DNA of 64,000 nt from Antedon mediterranea (GCF_964355755.1 NC_092680.1:7192001-7256000), one strand, 5' to 3'. Shown: positions 26,415 through 40,100, numbered from the stretch's first letter. Numbers and translations: made by a program. The notes: generated by a model from the letters alone, not told the origin.

Positions 26415-28110
26415 TTAAAATTTAGTGACTTTATTTCTATACACCACTGTGCTCCCCTGGCTCCAAATTGGGTCCACTTGAGCACAGTGTATTAACATAC
26501 GAACAGATATTAAAGTTCAGTGACTTATTTCTATTTTATATCACTGTGCTCCCCTGGCTCCAAATTTGGTCCACTTGAGCACAGTGTATTAACATACGAA
26601 ACGATATTAAAGTTCAGTGACTTATTTCCATTTTATATCACTGTGCTCCACTGGCGCCAAATTGTGTCCACTTGAGCACGGTGTATTAACATACAAAAAG
26701 ATATCAAAGTTCAGTGACTTATTTCCATTATATCACTGTGCTCCCCTGGCGAAAAATTGGGTCCACTTGAGCACAGTGTATTAAATACGAAAAGATATTA
26801 AAATTCAGTCACTTATTTCTATTTTATATCACTGTGCTCTCCTGGCTCCAAATTGGGTCCACTTGAGCACAGTGTATTAACATACAAAAAGATATTAAAG
26901 TTCAGTGACTTATTTCCATTTTATATCACTGTGCTCCACTGGCGCCAAATTGTGTCCACTTGAGCACAGTGTATTAACATACGAAAAGATATTAAAATTC
27001 AGTGACTTATTTCTATTTTATATCACTGTGCTCCACTGGCGCCAAATTGTGTCCACTTGAGCACAGTGTATTAACATACGAATGAGATATAACCTTTTAG
27101 TGATTTTATTTCTATTTTATATCCATGTGCTCCACTGGCTCCAAATTGGGTCCACTTGAGCACGGTGTATTAACATACGAAAATATATTAAAGTTCAGTG
27201 ACTTATTTCTATTTTATATCACTGTGCTCCCCTGGCTCCAAATTGGGTCCACTTGAGCACAGTGTATTAACATACGAAAAGATATTAAAGTTCAGTGACT
27301 TATTTCTATTTTATATCACTGTGCTCCCCTGGCTCCAAATTGGGTCCACTTGAGCACAGTGTATTAACATACGAAAAGATATTAAAGTTCAGTGACTTAT
27401 TTCCATTTTATATCACTGTGCTCCACTGGCGCCAAATTGGGTCCACTTGAGCACAGTGTATTAACATACGAAAAGATATTAAAGTTCAGTGACTTATTTC
27501 CATTTTATATCACTGTGCTCCACTGGCGCCAAATTGGGTCCACTTGAGCACAGTGTATATACGAAAAGATATTAAAGTTCAGTGACTTATTTCCATTTTA
27601 TATCACTGTGCTCCACTGGCGCCAAATTGGGTCCACTTGAGCACAGTGTATTAACATACGAAAAGATATTAAAGTTCAGTGACTTATTTCTATTTTATAT
27701 CACTGTGCTCCACTGGGTCCAAATTGGGTCTACTTGAGCACAGTGTATTAACATACGAAAAGATATTAAAGTTCAGTGACTTATTTCCATTTTATATCAC
27801 TGTGCTCCACTGGCGCCAAATTGGGTCCACTTGAGCACAGTGTATTAACATACAAAAAGATATTAAAGTTCAGTGACTTATTTCTATTTTATATCACTTT
27901 GCTCCACTGGCGCCAAATTGTGTCCACTTGAGCACAGTGTATTAACATACGAATGAGATATAACCTTTTAATGATTTTATTTCTATTTTATATCCATGTG
28001 CTCCACTCGTGCCAAATTGGGTCCATTGAGCTCTCAGTGTACGAAAATATATTAAAATTTGTGACTTATTTCTATTATATCACTGTGCTCCACCGGTGCC
28101 AAATTTGATC
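26415..28110. repeat. 97-bp satellite array, ~17 units
   Basis: Period measured as 27361 to 27458. Unit contains CACTGTGCTC..GAGCACAGTG. A short-array sibling with the same downstream end lies at 25205-25470. Confidence 0.95.
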
Positions 28111-28393
28111 CTGGATCAGTTACCGTAATACTATTTCTATTTCTGAAGTAAATAAAGGCATAAATGGCGCTCCGTAGAGAAGTAGAGAATACTTTATCGT
28201 CAGAATGACTCTCTGAATATACCTCCCCATAAAATCATTGTACACGCCGGCGACTTTTCAGTCTGGAGTACGCCCTCTTGCGTTCGGCTTTACATCTCAC
28301 TCCTCACTCTCTCTCTCTGGCCCTTACTCATTTCGATTCGTAGCGGGCGCTATACAATTTAAAGAGATAACTCCAACAACGCACGTACGACGT

Positions 28394-31073
28394 GGTGACT
28401 ACTTCTTCGCATGCAGCTAAAGTAAAATGACGTCACGTTAAAGTGGGTCGTCACAGAGTCTCATGCATATTAATGAAGCAAACTTGCTGAGAGTTTTTTC
28501 ACACACGCGACCCGAGATTTATCGAAAAATAATAATTGTTTTCACTGCTGTGGATAATAAATAATATACTTTAATTTTAACATGACAGGAAAGCCTATAT
28601 ACTTCCAGTGCGAATAAAAAATAATAATAATGTACAATATTAGTCACGTATTTTCAAATGCTGCAAGACATGAGACCCGAAATAGGCTAGGCCTAGGCCT
28701 CCTACTGTAGTGGCAGCGCAGTGCATACCTGAGAGCTAGGGTGGGTGGGTGGGAAGTTAGCTAGAAGTGTACATCTGCACGATGCCACGCGGTAACGATG
28801 AAGGGGAGGATATGGATGGCCTGATAGTGGGCAGTGTATACTGTATTTTAATTTAGTTAGGCCCCCAGTTAGGCCGCTAGTGAGTGGAGGGCCGTAGCCA
28901 GGATCTGTCAAGGTGGGGTTCGGACACTAAATATTTGGGTCAACCCCCCCCCCCCCCCCTCCCCCAGCCTGATGCGAAGCGAATTTTGTTAAATGACACC
29001 CCTAGATGGCCGGAAAGACACCCCTAGATGGCCGGAAAGACACTAGTGCAGCATGCTATATAACCAATGAGCAAAAAGATCGTACTTTTTTCCTCCTCCT
29101 CAAACACGTCGATAATTTAAATGACGATAACTATTTGTTGCCGTATGTTAGATGCGCGTGCTCTGTGCGGAACCGCCGATTGTTTGATCATTTACTCCGT
29201 ATTTTGTTTTGCGTTCAAGTTCAATGCGAACGTATATCTAGGAGCCGCCCCGAAAAAAGCACACTGGGTGAAAGCAAATGCTATTTGCTAGCTCTATCTA
29301 TAATATTTATTTACAGCAATTTGTTGAGGAATATAAATATGTAAATAGGTGATATTGATACATTTTAGTACGTATCGGCTGGTGGTCTAGAAAAAAATAA
29401 TCGGATGCCATAATGTGAACTACAGTACTTGATACCATAGATATTATAGTGTAAAATATTAATATTCACTATAATCCTCTATGATACATTATACTTCATA
29501 GTCACACATAAATACTGATGTACGTCGGAAGGCTATATACTTTATGCATATATGCTGCCTGACTGCCAGTGATCTAAACAATAGGTATACGCAGTTGTCT
29601 GGCGGTGTCCTTTGTACGAATCGTTCGTGCGCCAGCTCGCTATGAGACGCGTCAATATCATGTTACATGCAGGGACCAAACATTTATTTTTCAGGTTAAA
29701 ATCGGCAATTCATTTGCAGCTTTTAGAAATGTACAGACACGACGTATCACTAGTTGACGCTCATACAGAGAGAAGAAGGTTCACGAACAAGTTTACGAAT
29801 TTTTCAATTTACAAACAACTTTTTGTACTGTGGGGCACGTATTTGGAGGATTTTTGGAGATGAGGGTGAGGTATTGGGCATGTCGGGGATGGGGGTGTCA
29901 CGATAAATATGGTCCGGGGCCAAAATCGGTCCGGCCGGACCAGTTTTGGCTCTAAAATTGTGGCCAAAAGCAGTCCGCCACTGCCAAAATCGGTCCGGGC
30001 TTTTCTTCTGTCGATTTTAATTGAATTACTAGGCCTATGATGCTGTTTTAAGTTGTTTATGGCTAGAAAAATATCCCATGATATATATTAGTAAGTTATC
30101 TTGTCGGATAAATACTATAAATAAATGTATTTTATCTACAAACATGACTTAGGTGTTCACTCATATTTCGGCCTGCCACACACTCACATGAACGGGTATG
30201 AGACGCTGATATTGCCAGCTAGATTTTATTTATGATTGAGGCCTTTTTCCTTCCTTAGCCTAATCAATATTGGATAATTGTTTTATAATAATTGTATTGA
30301 ATTGATATATTGATTGATTAACCATAAATAATTAATAAATTAAATTGTTTTTAACATCATGGGGAAACGAAGATGTTAAAAAATAACAGAATGGATTAAA
30401 AACAGGCAGAGATACATATTGTATACAAAAAGCCTAACAATTAGTACTAATTATTGATGAGTTAATACTAATAATGATAATAAAAAAAACAGGCTTAATT
30501 TATAATATTAAAATAACATATAAAACCCCGTAGTTTTCAATATATAATGACTAATCATGGCCTTTTTTTTAATGATATATACATTATGACTCATTTTGCG
30601 CACCGTATATTTGTAAGACCGGACCATATTTGGCGGCCAAAAACAGTCCTACTGCCCGGACCGATTTTATCCAGGCCGGACCAGTTTTGGCGGCCAAAAT
30701 TGGTCCGGCCGGACAGGTTTTGGCAGCCATAAATGGTCCCCCGGACTGATTTTGGCAGCCAAAACTGGTCCGCCGGACCGATTTTGGCCCGGACTGATTT
30801 TAAAAGTCTGTCTAGGCCTAGGCATCTAAGCCAAATGGGTCGAATAAACAACTATATTTAATCTGCTTCTTTGTTATCAGGAACAATATCGGATTATTTT
30901 CTGTACCACCGATCGCACCATCATTAATATCACTCTGAAAACATTTTGTAAAATCATGATGAGCGCACAAGAAGCAGAGACAAAACATTCTTTTGCATAT
31001 GCATGAGACTCTGTGACGACACGCTTTAACGTGACGTCATTTTACTTTAGCTGCATGCGAAGAAGTAGTCACC
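28394..31073. mobile_element. Non-autonomous MULE/Merlin-type DNA transposon
   Basis: ~75-bp TIRs GGTGACTACTTCTTCGCATGCAG... and an exact 9-bp TSD GTACGACGT (28385-28393, 31074-31082). No transposase ORF. Confidence 0.9.
29897..30805. mobile_element. Nested MITE with GGTCC/GGACC-rich subterminal repeats
   Basis: GCCAAAATCGGTCCGGCCGGACCAGTTTTGGC motifs at 29910-30000, mirrored and tandemly repeated at 30615-30800. Confidence 0.65.
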
Positions 31074-31175
31074 GTACGACGTAACCACCAAAGATAGTGT
31101 AGTAGACTACACTATCTTTGACGTAACACACAACACGTGTGAAATTATTTATACGTTTAATATTAACAAAACACA

Positions 31176-34100
31176 ATGAGAATTGAAAAGTGTTACTTTT
31201 GTTCTAGCTCTGTTTACCCTGGTCATGGGATTCAGTTTGTAAGAAACGATAACAAGGTAGGCACCAGCCCAAACTATTTCCAGGCTAGCTAGTAGTAGGC
31301 CTAGCTAGCCTCTACTATCTAGTAGGCCTAGGCCGTCCTAGCTAGCTAGGCATAGGGCCTAGCCCTCCTAGCTAAAGTAAAAGCTCCTTCCTTAGAGGTT
31401 AGAGAGAGTAGTAGTAGAGGGCCTAGCTAGCTAGGACTAGTAGTAGGCCTACACTACAGTCTTAGCTGGGATATGGCCTTGCCTTAGTTGGCTATAAAAA
31501 CTAACAACATGATTAGACTATTTATTGAGGATTGGGATGACGTCCATGCTGGACGAAGGAGGTATAAATTAGATAGAGTAGAGGGCTACAACATAACCTA
31601 CTACTGATGAGTCTAATAAAATAGACCCCTAGGTTAGGGGGCAGTCTAGCTATTTTAGACTCATCAGTAGTAGGGCCTAGCTAGTCTAGTTAATTAGCCT
31701 AGATCAAGATAATAAATAATATTTTAATAAAAAGGATAATTAATTGGCAAATAAATTAAAGAAAGCTTATTATAGTACGACGCTACTGCTGTTTAGCACC
31801 TACGATTTCACTGTCACTCACCATCAATGTTTTTAAATTGGGTAAGCTTGAGAGTAGTGGTGCAAAAGTGCAGTAGCAACGCTTATTACAGTCAACAACA
31901 AACAGTAATATATGGCTCGTGACTACAGACTGTGTGCATCTCATAGTATACAAATAATGAATGTTTATGAGTGTAATGGTACAAATAATGAATGTTTATG
32001 AGTGTAATGGTACAAATAATGAATGTTTATGAGTGTAATGGTACAAATAATGGCACGAGGTGAATGATGAAAGGTTATATCAACGAGGCAACGCCGAGTT
32101 GATATAACCTTTCATCATTCACCAAGTGCCATTATTTGTACCATTACACGAATACAAAACATTCATTATTTGTTTTATATAACATCTAAATAAATTCTAG
32201 TTATTTGAATCAAATAAAAGGTAGCCCTAGCCAAAGCTTACTACATTTCCTTCACACACATTGATTAAAAACAGTAACATTTGGTTTTTAATAATTTTAT
32301 ATTAAATGTTATATTATATGGATTTCGTAAACACACCTACTTTTGTGTTAATTATGTCAACAACGACCAAACAATCCTAGGCCTAGCAAGGCTAAAACGC
32401 CTAGGCTAGACCTAGCCTAATACTAACATGGCCTAGGCTAGACCTAGTAGCCTAGTACTAGCTTGGCTGAAAGGCAAAACTACGACAGACAATTGGAACT
32501 TATCTAAGCTAATTATGGTTTTTCCAACAATTCCACGTCTTGTAGGGATGTCCCCATTAATTAATCAAAATCCTAAAAACGATCTGAAGCTAATTTAAAT
32601 GCCTTTTTGAATGAAATTAGTACATAATGTCCAAATCGTACACAAATATCTGCTGCTGTTGCATATCTCGCGGTGGTGTTTACAAATGAAACTGAGACCA
32701 GACGACAGGTGGCGCTGTTGTATTTCACAGTACAGAGCCATATCATAGGATAATTTGTGTACTAGATTTTTTTTCATCCGCGAGACGTTTTTTTTTTCGT
32801 ACACAAAAATGTTTCAAAAAGTACTATTAAACGATCGTTTAATAGTGCGTACTATTGCACGCCATGTGACCCACAATCGTCCAATCAAATGACAGGAATT
32901 TATTTAGGTGTTATATAATATACAAATAATGAATGTTTATGAGTGTAATGGTACAAATAATGAATGTTTATGAGTGTAATGGTACAAATAATGAATGTTT
33001 ATGAGTGTAATGGTACAAATAATGAATGTTTATGAGTGTAATGGTACAAATAATGAATGTTTATGAGTGTAATGGTACAAATAATGAATGTTTATGAGTG
33101 TAATGGTACAAATAATGGCATGAGGTGAATGATGAAAGGTTATATATCAACTAGGCCAAGCCGAGTTGATATTTAACCTTTCATCATTCAACAAATGCCA
33201 TTATTTGTACCATTAGACAAATATAAAACATTCATTATTTGTTTTATATAACATCTAAATAGATTCCTGTCATTTGAATCAAATAAAAGGTAGTCCTAAC
33301 CAAGGCCTACATTTGATTCACATTGATTAAAACAGTAACATTTGGTTTTTAATAATATTATATTAAATGTTTATGTTATATTTATAGGGATTTTATAAAA
33401 CACACCTACTTTAGTGTTAAAATTCCTAGGCCTAGCAAGGCTAAAATGCCTAGGCTAGGACTAGCCTAATACTAACAGGCCTAGTACTAGCTAGGCGGAA
33501 TAGCAAAACTTTGACAGACAACTGGACCTCATGTTTTTTGCCAACGATTCCATGTCTTGTAGAGATGTTCCCATTAATTAATCAAAATCCTACAAACAAT
33601 CTAAAGCTAATTTAAATGCCTTTTTGATCTAAATTAGTACATATATCTCTCCAGAAATGTACTTCCATCGCGAAAAACCAGTCATAACATTCAAATCGCT
33701 GCGAAAGTAAAAAAAATAGGTGACGCTGTTTTATTTCAAAAGCAATAGTATAAAACAAAGTATTTTCCAGACGCAAAAAGATTATTTTTCGTACACGAAA
33801 ACAAGTACTATTAAACGATCATTTAATAGTGCGTAATATTACATAGCCTATGTAAATACGTGAACGTGATTGGTTGAAACTGCGTCACATGACTACCGCT
33901 GCAAGGATCGTAAATCGTATATATCCTCGAGAACGATGATATCGACTGAGTAATTTTCGCGTAATTATCGTGTCCCCTGTCATTAATCATATAAATTCTC
34001 GAGTTCGATGATATTGACTGTGTAATTTTAGTGTGCAACACTCGCGTTTGCCGATAAATAAACAAAAGTCATCTACTGGATCATGAACTCGGGATGGAAT

Positions 34101-37100
34101 TGTCACTCCATCACAAGACAACGCTTCAACCGCTGCGCCACGGAACTTGCTTGAAGAAATTAATCTTTTAAACTATTTAAGCTATGCATACATAGCGCCC
34201 TCATTTGTTATTAGTCCTCCCTAAATGTGATGAAACACCGTTTGTGATTGGTCAAAACTCACGGTACCTGTAGTAACCTAGTAACTAGTACGCGCTGAAC
34301 ATCCGACGATTCGGCTCCTCGAAGAGAAGAAGACGAATTGTTTATTCGGCCTACCTGATTATAATATTATTATTAATAGGCTTATTGATGGAAATTCTTC
34401 TGTTAATTTAAACGACCTAGGCCTAAGTGAATATTTTATTGCCAAGGAATCATTAATTAGTAATTATCTGTATATTATTCTTCGCAAGGTAAGGTGTCTA
34501 GGCAGGCTTGTTTACATACAATACAAATACTATAGGAGGCCTAGCCTAGCTTCACCCAACCCAGCAGACTTGTTCTTGGCTATATAATATAACAGATATT
34601 GCCTTTTATATCGGTTAAATATAAGATTTGACCTCTAAGCAGTCAAAAATGCATCATCATCATCAAGACGTGTGCGCCTTACAAGCGGCCAGTCTGATCT
34701 GTTCTCCAAGTTTCTGTAAAATTACAGTTTCTGTATACTGAAATCTGTGTGTTTAATGCCACATCGAACTTTTCCTGGTTATTACTGACCGTTGTATGTA
34801 TTTGTGAAGATAACATCGTTGGTCTACTAGCGAAACTAATGTTCCGTTTTCCTAGGCCAGTTTCGTTTGCCTGTCTACTCACATTCCTGTGCAGTCAGCC
34901 TTCGCGGTCAGCCGTATCCACGGTTCATTCAACATTCTTTGCCGGATTTGTCAACTACGGTAGGCCTAGGATTGTAGTAGTCGGCTTACTTCACAGAACC
35001 GAATCGTCTTATCATAACGGGTGTTCATTGACTTTAATTCAACCTGTCAGTTCATCTATTGCGTCTATGATTTACTACGATCGTGATCAACTTCTCAGAT
35101 TATCAGGAAACTTAAAGTCATCGTTGACTCCATCAGAAATTGACACTATAAATCGTTTGAATATCAATGCCTTTACCACATGCCGAGCATTCTCAACTCG
35201 AAAAACACATAGAGGAAAGAAGGCTGGTCGACGACGAAGCAAGCTTATCTCTGCCGCCACTGAACACATCTCTCAACCTCGCAGACCTGTTTCCGTGGAT
35301 ACTGAACAATCTCGTAGTTCGAGTTCCATCTGTTTTGGACTGTGGAATGCGCGTTCTATAAGAAATAAAACTGTTCACGTTTGTGATTTTATTTTGGATG
35401 TTGAATTAGACATTTTAGTAATTACCGAAAGTTGGTTGAAAGGTGATGCAAGTGACAACCACTTTATTGCGGACGTGAGTAACACCCTCCCAAATTTCGT
35501 GGTGTCACATGAGCCACGCCCTACAGGTGGACGCGGAGGTGGAATATGCATCATTTCGCACCGTGGACTCCAAATAACACCAAATGTTTCAACAAGTTTC
35601 CGGTCTTTCGAACATATGGATATCAAGATCACTTCCAATTCATCTGTAATTAACTTGATTTCAATTTACAGACCACCACCATCGACCAAAAACAAACTTA
35701 CCTTTGACTTGTTCATCACTGAATTCTCATCACTTCTTGAATCAGTCTCTTGCACCAAAAACCTTCTGATAGTTGGTGATTTCAATATTCACACAGATGA
35801 CCTCTTGGACAACAACACCAAGCGATTTGATGAACTGCTTTACACGAGTTGTCTTCATCAACACGTCCAAGGCCCCACTCACGTTAGCGGGCACACACTG
35901 GACCTTCTAATCTCTCGAAAAAACGACAACATAATAAAACAAACCACTGTCAAACAAGGACTACCATCCGACCATATGGCTGTCATCAGCTTTGTGGATT
36001 TATCACATCCTAAACAACCAACGCGGACAACCTCTTACCGCAAACTTCGTAACATTGATCTAAATTGTTTTGTGGAAGATATAATGAATTCCCCGCTCGT
36101 CTGCGCACCGGAAGATAATGTCTCCGATCTCGCTGACCAATACAATAATGTATTGCAGTACATCCTTGACCAACATGCTCCGTTAACAACTAAACTGGTC
36201 ACCATTAGACCACGGGCACCATGGTACACGAATGAACTCCGTGAAGCGAAGTGCGTCAAACGGAGATCAGAACGCAGAATGTTGAAATCTGGTTTGGATA
36301 TCGACAAACAGAGGTACAAGTTGGAATGCAAAGCATATAAAGATATGCTAGATCTAGCAAAATGCAATTATCATCGCAATGAAATCGCTAATGCGGATGA
36401 CAAGAACCTTTTCCGCATCATAAGTAAACTGTACTCGGTCGATTCTTCTCCTGTTCTGCCAAAACACACATCTTCAATGGATCTCGCAAACCAGTTTGGC
36501 TGTTTCTTTAATGAAAAGATTCTGAAAATTTGCAAGAAACTTAACTCCATAAACACTCCACTAATAACTGTCAACGTCGACGAGTCATGTAATAGTAGTT
36601 TCGCTGAATTTGAGCAAATATCAGAAGATACGGTACGCAAAGTCATCGCTGAAAGCGCATCTAAGTCCAGTAGACTTGACCCAATTCCAACACGGTTACT
36701 AAAAAACTGCATTGACGCTCTACTACCGCATATCACTAAAATCGTCAACATGTCGCTGTCATCAGGTACTGTACCATCTGCATTTAAATTGTCCCTCGTT
36801 ATGCCACTGTTGAAAAAGCAAAATCTCGACTCCAACGTCCTACAAAATTATAGACCAATAGCAAATCTTCCCTTCCTTTTTAAAGTCTTGGAAAGAATTG
36901 CAACTGCTCAGATAAAAGCATATATGGATGAACATTTCCTGTTTTCAAAAGTCCAATCAGCCTACCGCCGCTTCCACTCAACTGAAACCGCTTTATTACG
37001 TGTTACAAACGATCTACTACTTGCTTTAGACAAAGGTAATGAAGCGGTACTTATTCTACTCGACTACTCCGCAGCATTTGACACTATCAATCATGATTTA

Positions 37101-40100
37101 TTATTTCAACGTCTTCATAAAAGATACGGCATAAGCGGAACCGCATTGAAATGGTTTATTTCATATTTTGAGAATCGTAGACAAGCAATCATTGTGGGTG
37201 ATTCGATGTCTGATGAGTTCGCTCTACCCTGGGGTGTACCACAGGGATCCGTAAAAGGTCCACTCGATTTCATCTTATACACTGGACCACTCAGCAACAT
37301 CATTGATTCCCACCCGGAAGTTCGTCATATGATCTATGCAGATGACACTCAACTATATTTAATCATGAAACCTACACATCACTCTGAATCTGTTAACAGC
37401 CTTGAATCATGCATTGCAGATGTTCGCTCATGGGCCATTCAAAATAAACTCATGCTCAACGACTCCAAGACTGAAATGATCCATTTTCATTCAAAGTTCC
37501 GTGAGGCATCATCATTTCCTTTGGTCCATATCGGAGATACTAGTGTCTCTACCTCCAGCTCAGCCAGAAATCTAGGCGTCCAACTAGACAACAGCCTCGG
37601 TTTAAAAGAACACATTCGTAATGTTTGCCGTGGTGCTTCCTTTGGAATTTACCAGATCGGCCAGATTCGTAAGTACCTTGACAAAACATCAACTGAACGT
37701 CTTGTTCATGCTTTTGTTTCATCTCGTCTGGACTGTAATAACTCGCTTCTGTACGGCCTACCAACTTCTTATCTGTCTCCTCTTCAACGAATCCAAAATT
37801 CCGCCGCAAGACTTATCACTGGCACTAAACGACATGAACATATTTCTCCCGTTTTACGTGACTTACACTGGTTGCCTGTTGATCAGCGCATTCGTTTTAA
37901 AATCCTGTTGCTGACATATAAGGCCATCAACGGATGTGCTCCAGCCTACATATGTGACATCATTACTCCGTCAACCAACTCTTCGCTTCGTTCATCCAGC
38001 AGACTTCTTCTAAAACCTGGACCCCGTTCCAGAACTCGGTTTTACGGTGATCGTGCTTTCGCTGTCGCAGCCCCAAAACTCTGGAACACTCTACCACTCG
38101 AAATACGCTCATCAAAATCTGTTTTCACATTTAAAACTAAACTCAAAACTCATCTTTTCAGAGAAGCATAATCGCACGCTACTACTTGCACTGATCTTGG
38201 AAAACACAGCGCTTTGAAACCTTTGTCTCTTGCGCTTTATAAATGTTATTTATTATTATTATTATTAATATCTGTATACTATTGCACGCCATGTGACCCA
38301 CATTTGTCCAATCAAATGAATTTATTTAGGTGTTATATAAATTATTATATTTAAAACATTTATTCCTTTACATATACTATTGTGCAGTAACATCTGTTGT
38401 TGGCAATTTTTTTAAATATTAATAATCATTAGAATAACTCATTTCAAAAGATACATTTTATATTGTAAAATAGACACTTGCAACAATCAATATCTATATA
38501 TATATACTGGAATAATTTTCATCAATAAGTAAACCTTTGTATTTATAGGTTTTCAGATTTTGCCGATCAAAATGTCACAAAGCATTTAAGAAGAAGCGCA
38601 ACCCAAGAAAAGTACGATGGACAAAAGCATTTAGGAAATCAACAGGCAAAGAACTTGCAGTGGTAAGCATTAACAGATGGTATTAGTTCTCACTCAATCA
38701 AAATTTAATAAATTCTTTAATATTTTTTGTGACTTTTTAGCAATACTGTCATTTGTTGCACTTGCCTACAGTTTTGAGAGACTGATTTTGTGTAAATCTC
38801 TGTCTACTCTATCAAACTTTATGTGACAAAAAATGTGATTCCCCTCCATGCATAGACATGATGATGTCATATCACTACCATATTTGGCCATATCACTACC
38901 ATATTTGGCATATCACTACCATATTTGGGCACATCACACTTTTTTTGTCAAACTAGTTTGATATTGTAGACAGAGCTTAAAACACATATGTGCACTAGTA
39001 TTGTATATCATTAATTTGTGTTTTTAACCTGCTGTGTTACAAATTAAACACCTTGTTTATTCCTCTGGCAATGATAAACAGATCCACTGAATTTGAAATC
39101 TTTTGTATACTGCAACTCAGCTAATTTTGTTTACATTTTTAGGACAATTCCTTTGAGTTTGAGAAGAGAAGAAATGTGCCTGTAAAATATGATCGTGAAT
39201 TATGGCAGAAAACAATTAAAGCAATGGCTCGTGTTGAAGAGATAAAGAAGAAACGACAAGACCAACACATCCTAAACAGGTCAGTATTTGAACAGTCTTA
39301 GGGCAAGTCCAACACATCCTAAACCGGTCAATATTTAAACATACAACAAGTTTGATGGATGGATAGGATAATTTATAGTTAATCTAAACGTCTAAAGCTT
39401 GTTATGCATATATACTGTACAACAAGTTATTGTATTACAGAATAGAATAATTACCAGTGCATAGTTAATATTTGGAGTGTGGCACGTATGTGAGAGCAGT
39501 AATTGTATACAAAAGAACGCACTAAAATATACATTATTTTTGCAGGCTTAAGAAAGGAAAGGAACTACGAAAGGAGAGAGACATCAACGAAGTCAAGAAA
39601 AACATTCACATCATCAGACCACCAGCATCAAGTAAGTTCAGTATTATAGCCTTTTAATAATAGTAAAAATTGATAATTACAACAGGGTAACAGGCATGGG
39701 CCCCACCTAAAATTTAACAGCCATGTCTTTTTAAAATAAACTATTTTTATTCTGCAACCCGAAGAATTGTTTTTATCATTCATGAGATATTTCTGTGCTT
39801 CCATAGTATTTTATTATTATTACCTTGTTGTTGTTCTGATTTATTTATTTGTATGTTATTATGAATGAATGAATTTAGCCCCCTCCTAATGATTCAGGCA
39901 TGTCAAATTGTTTTTGAGAATTGAAAATATTACAAATACTAAGTGGTCATTAGCTCATTATGTAGGCATGGAGGTTATGAGTCAAACATATTAATAAGCA
40001 AAACTAAAACAACTATTATTTAATATGTTGTACCATATTGGAAATACGAATAACTCTTTTAATTTTAATAAGCAAGCATTTTGCCAAGTAATCACTATTA

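Noticed and set aside
26415-28110. CRISPR-like repeat-spacer array
   Set aside because: The whole 97-bp unit is repeated with only point variants. There are no unique spacers and no cas genes, and the context is eukaryotic.
30547-30851. Repetitive RPDxFW ORFs on both strands
   Set aside because: Translation of MITE subterminal repeats.
35087-37914. Several short antisense or alternate-frame ORFs
   Set aside because: Shadows of the L2 ORF with no independent motifs.
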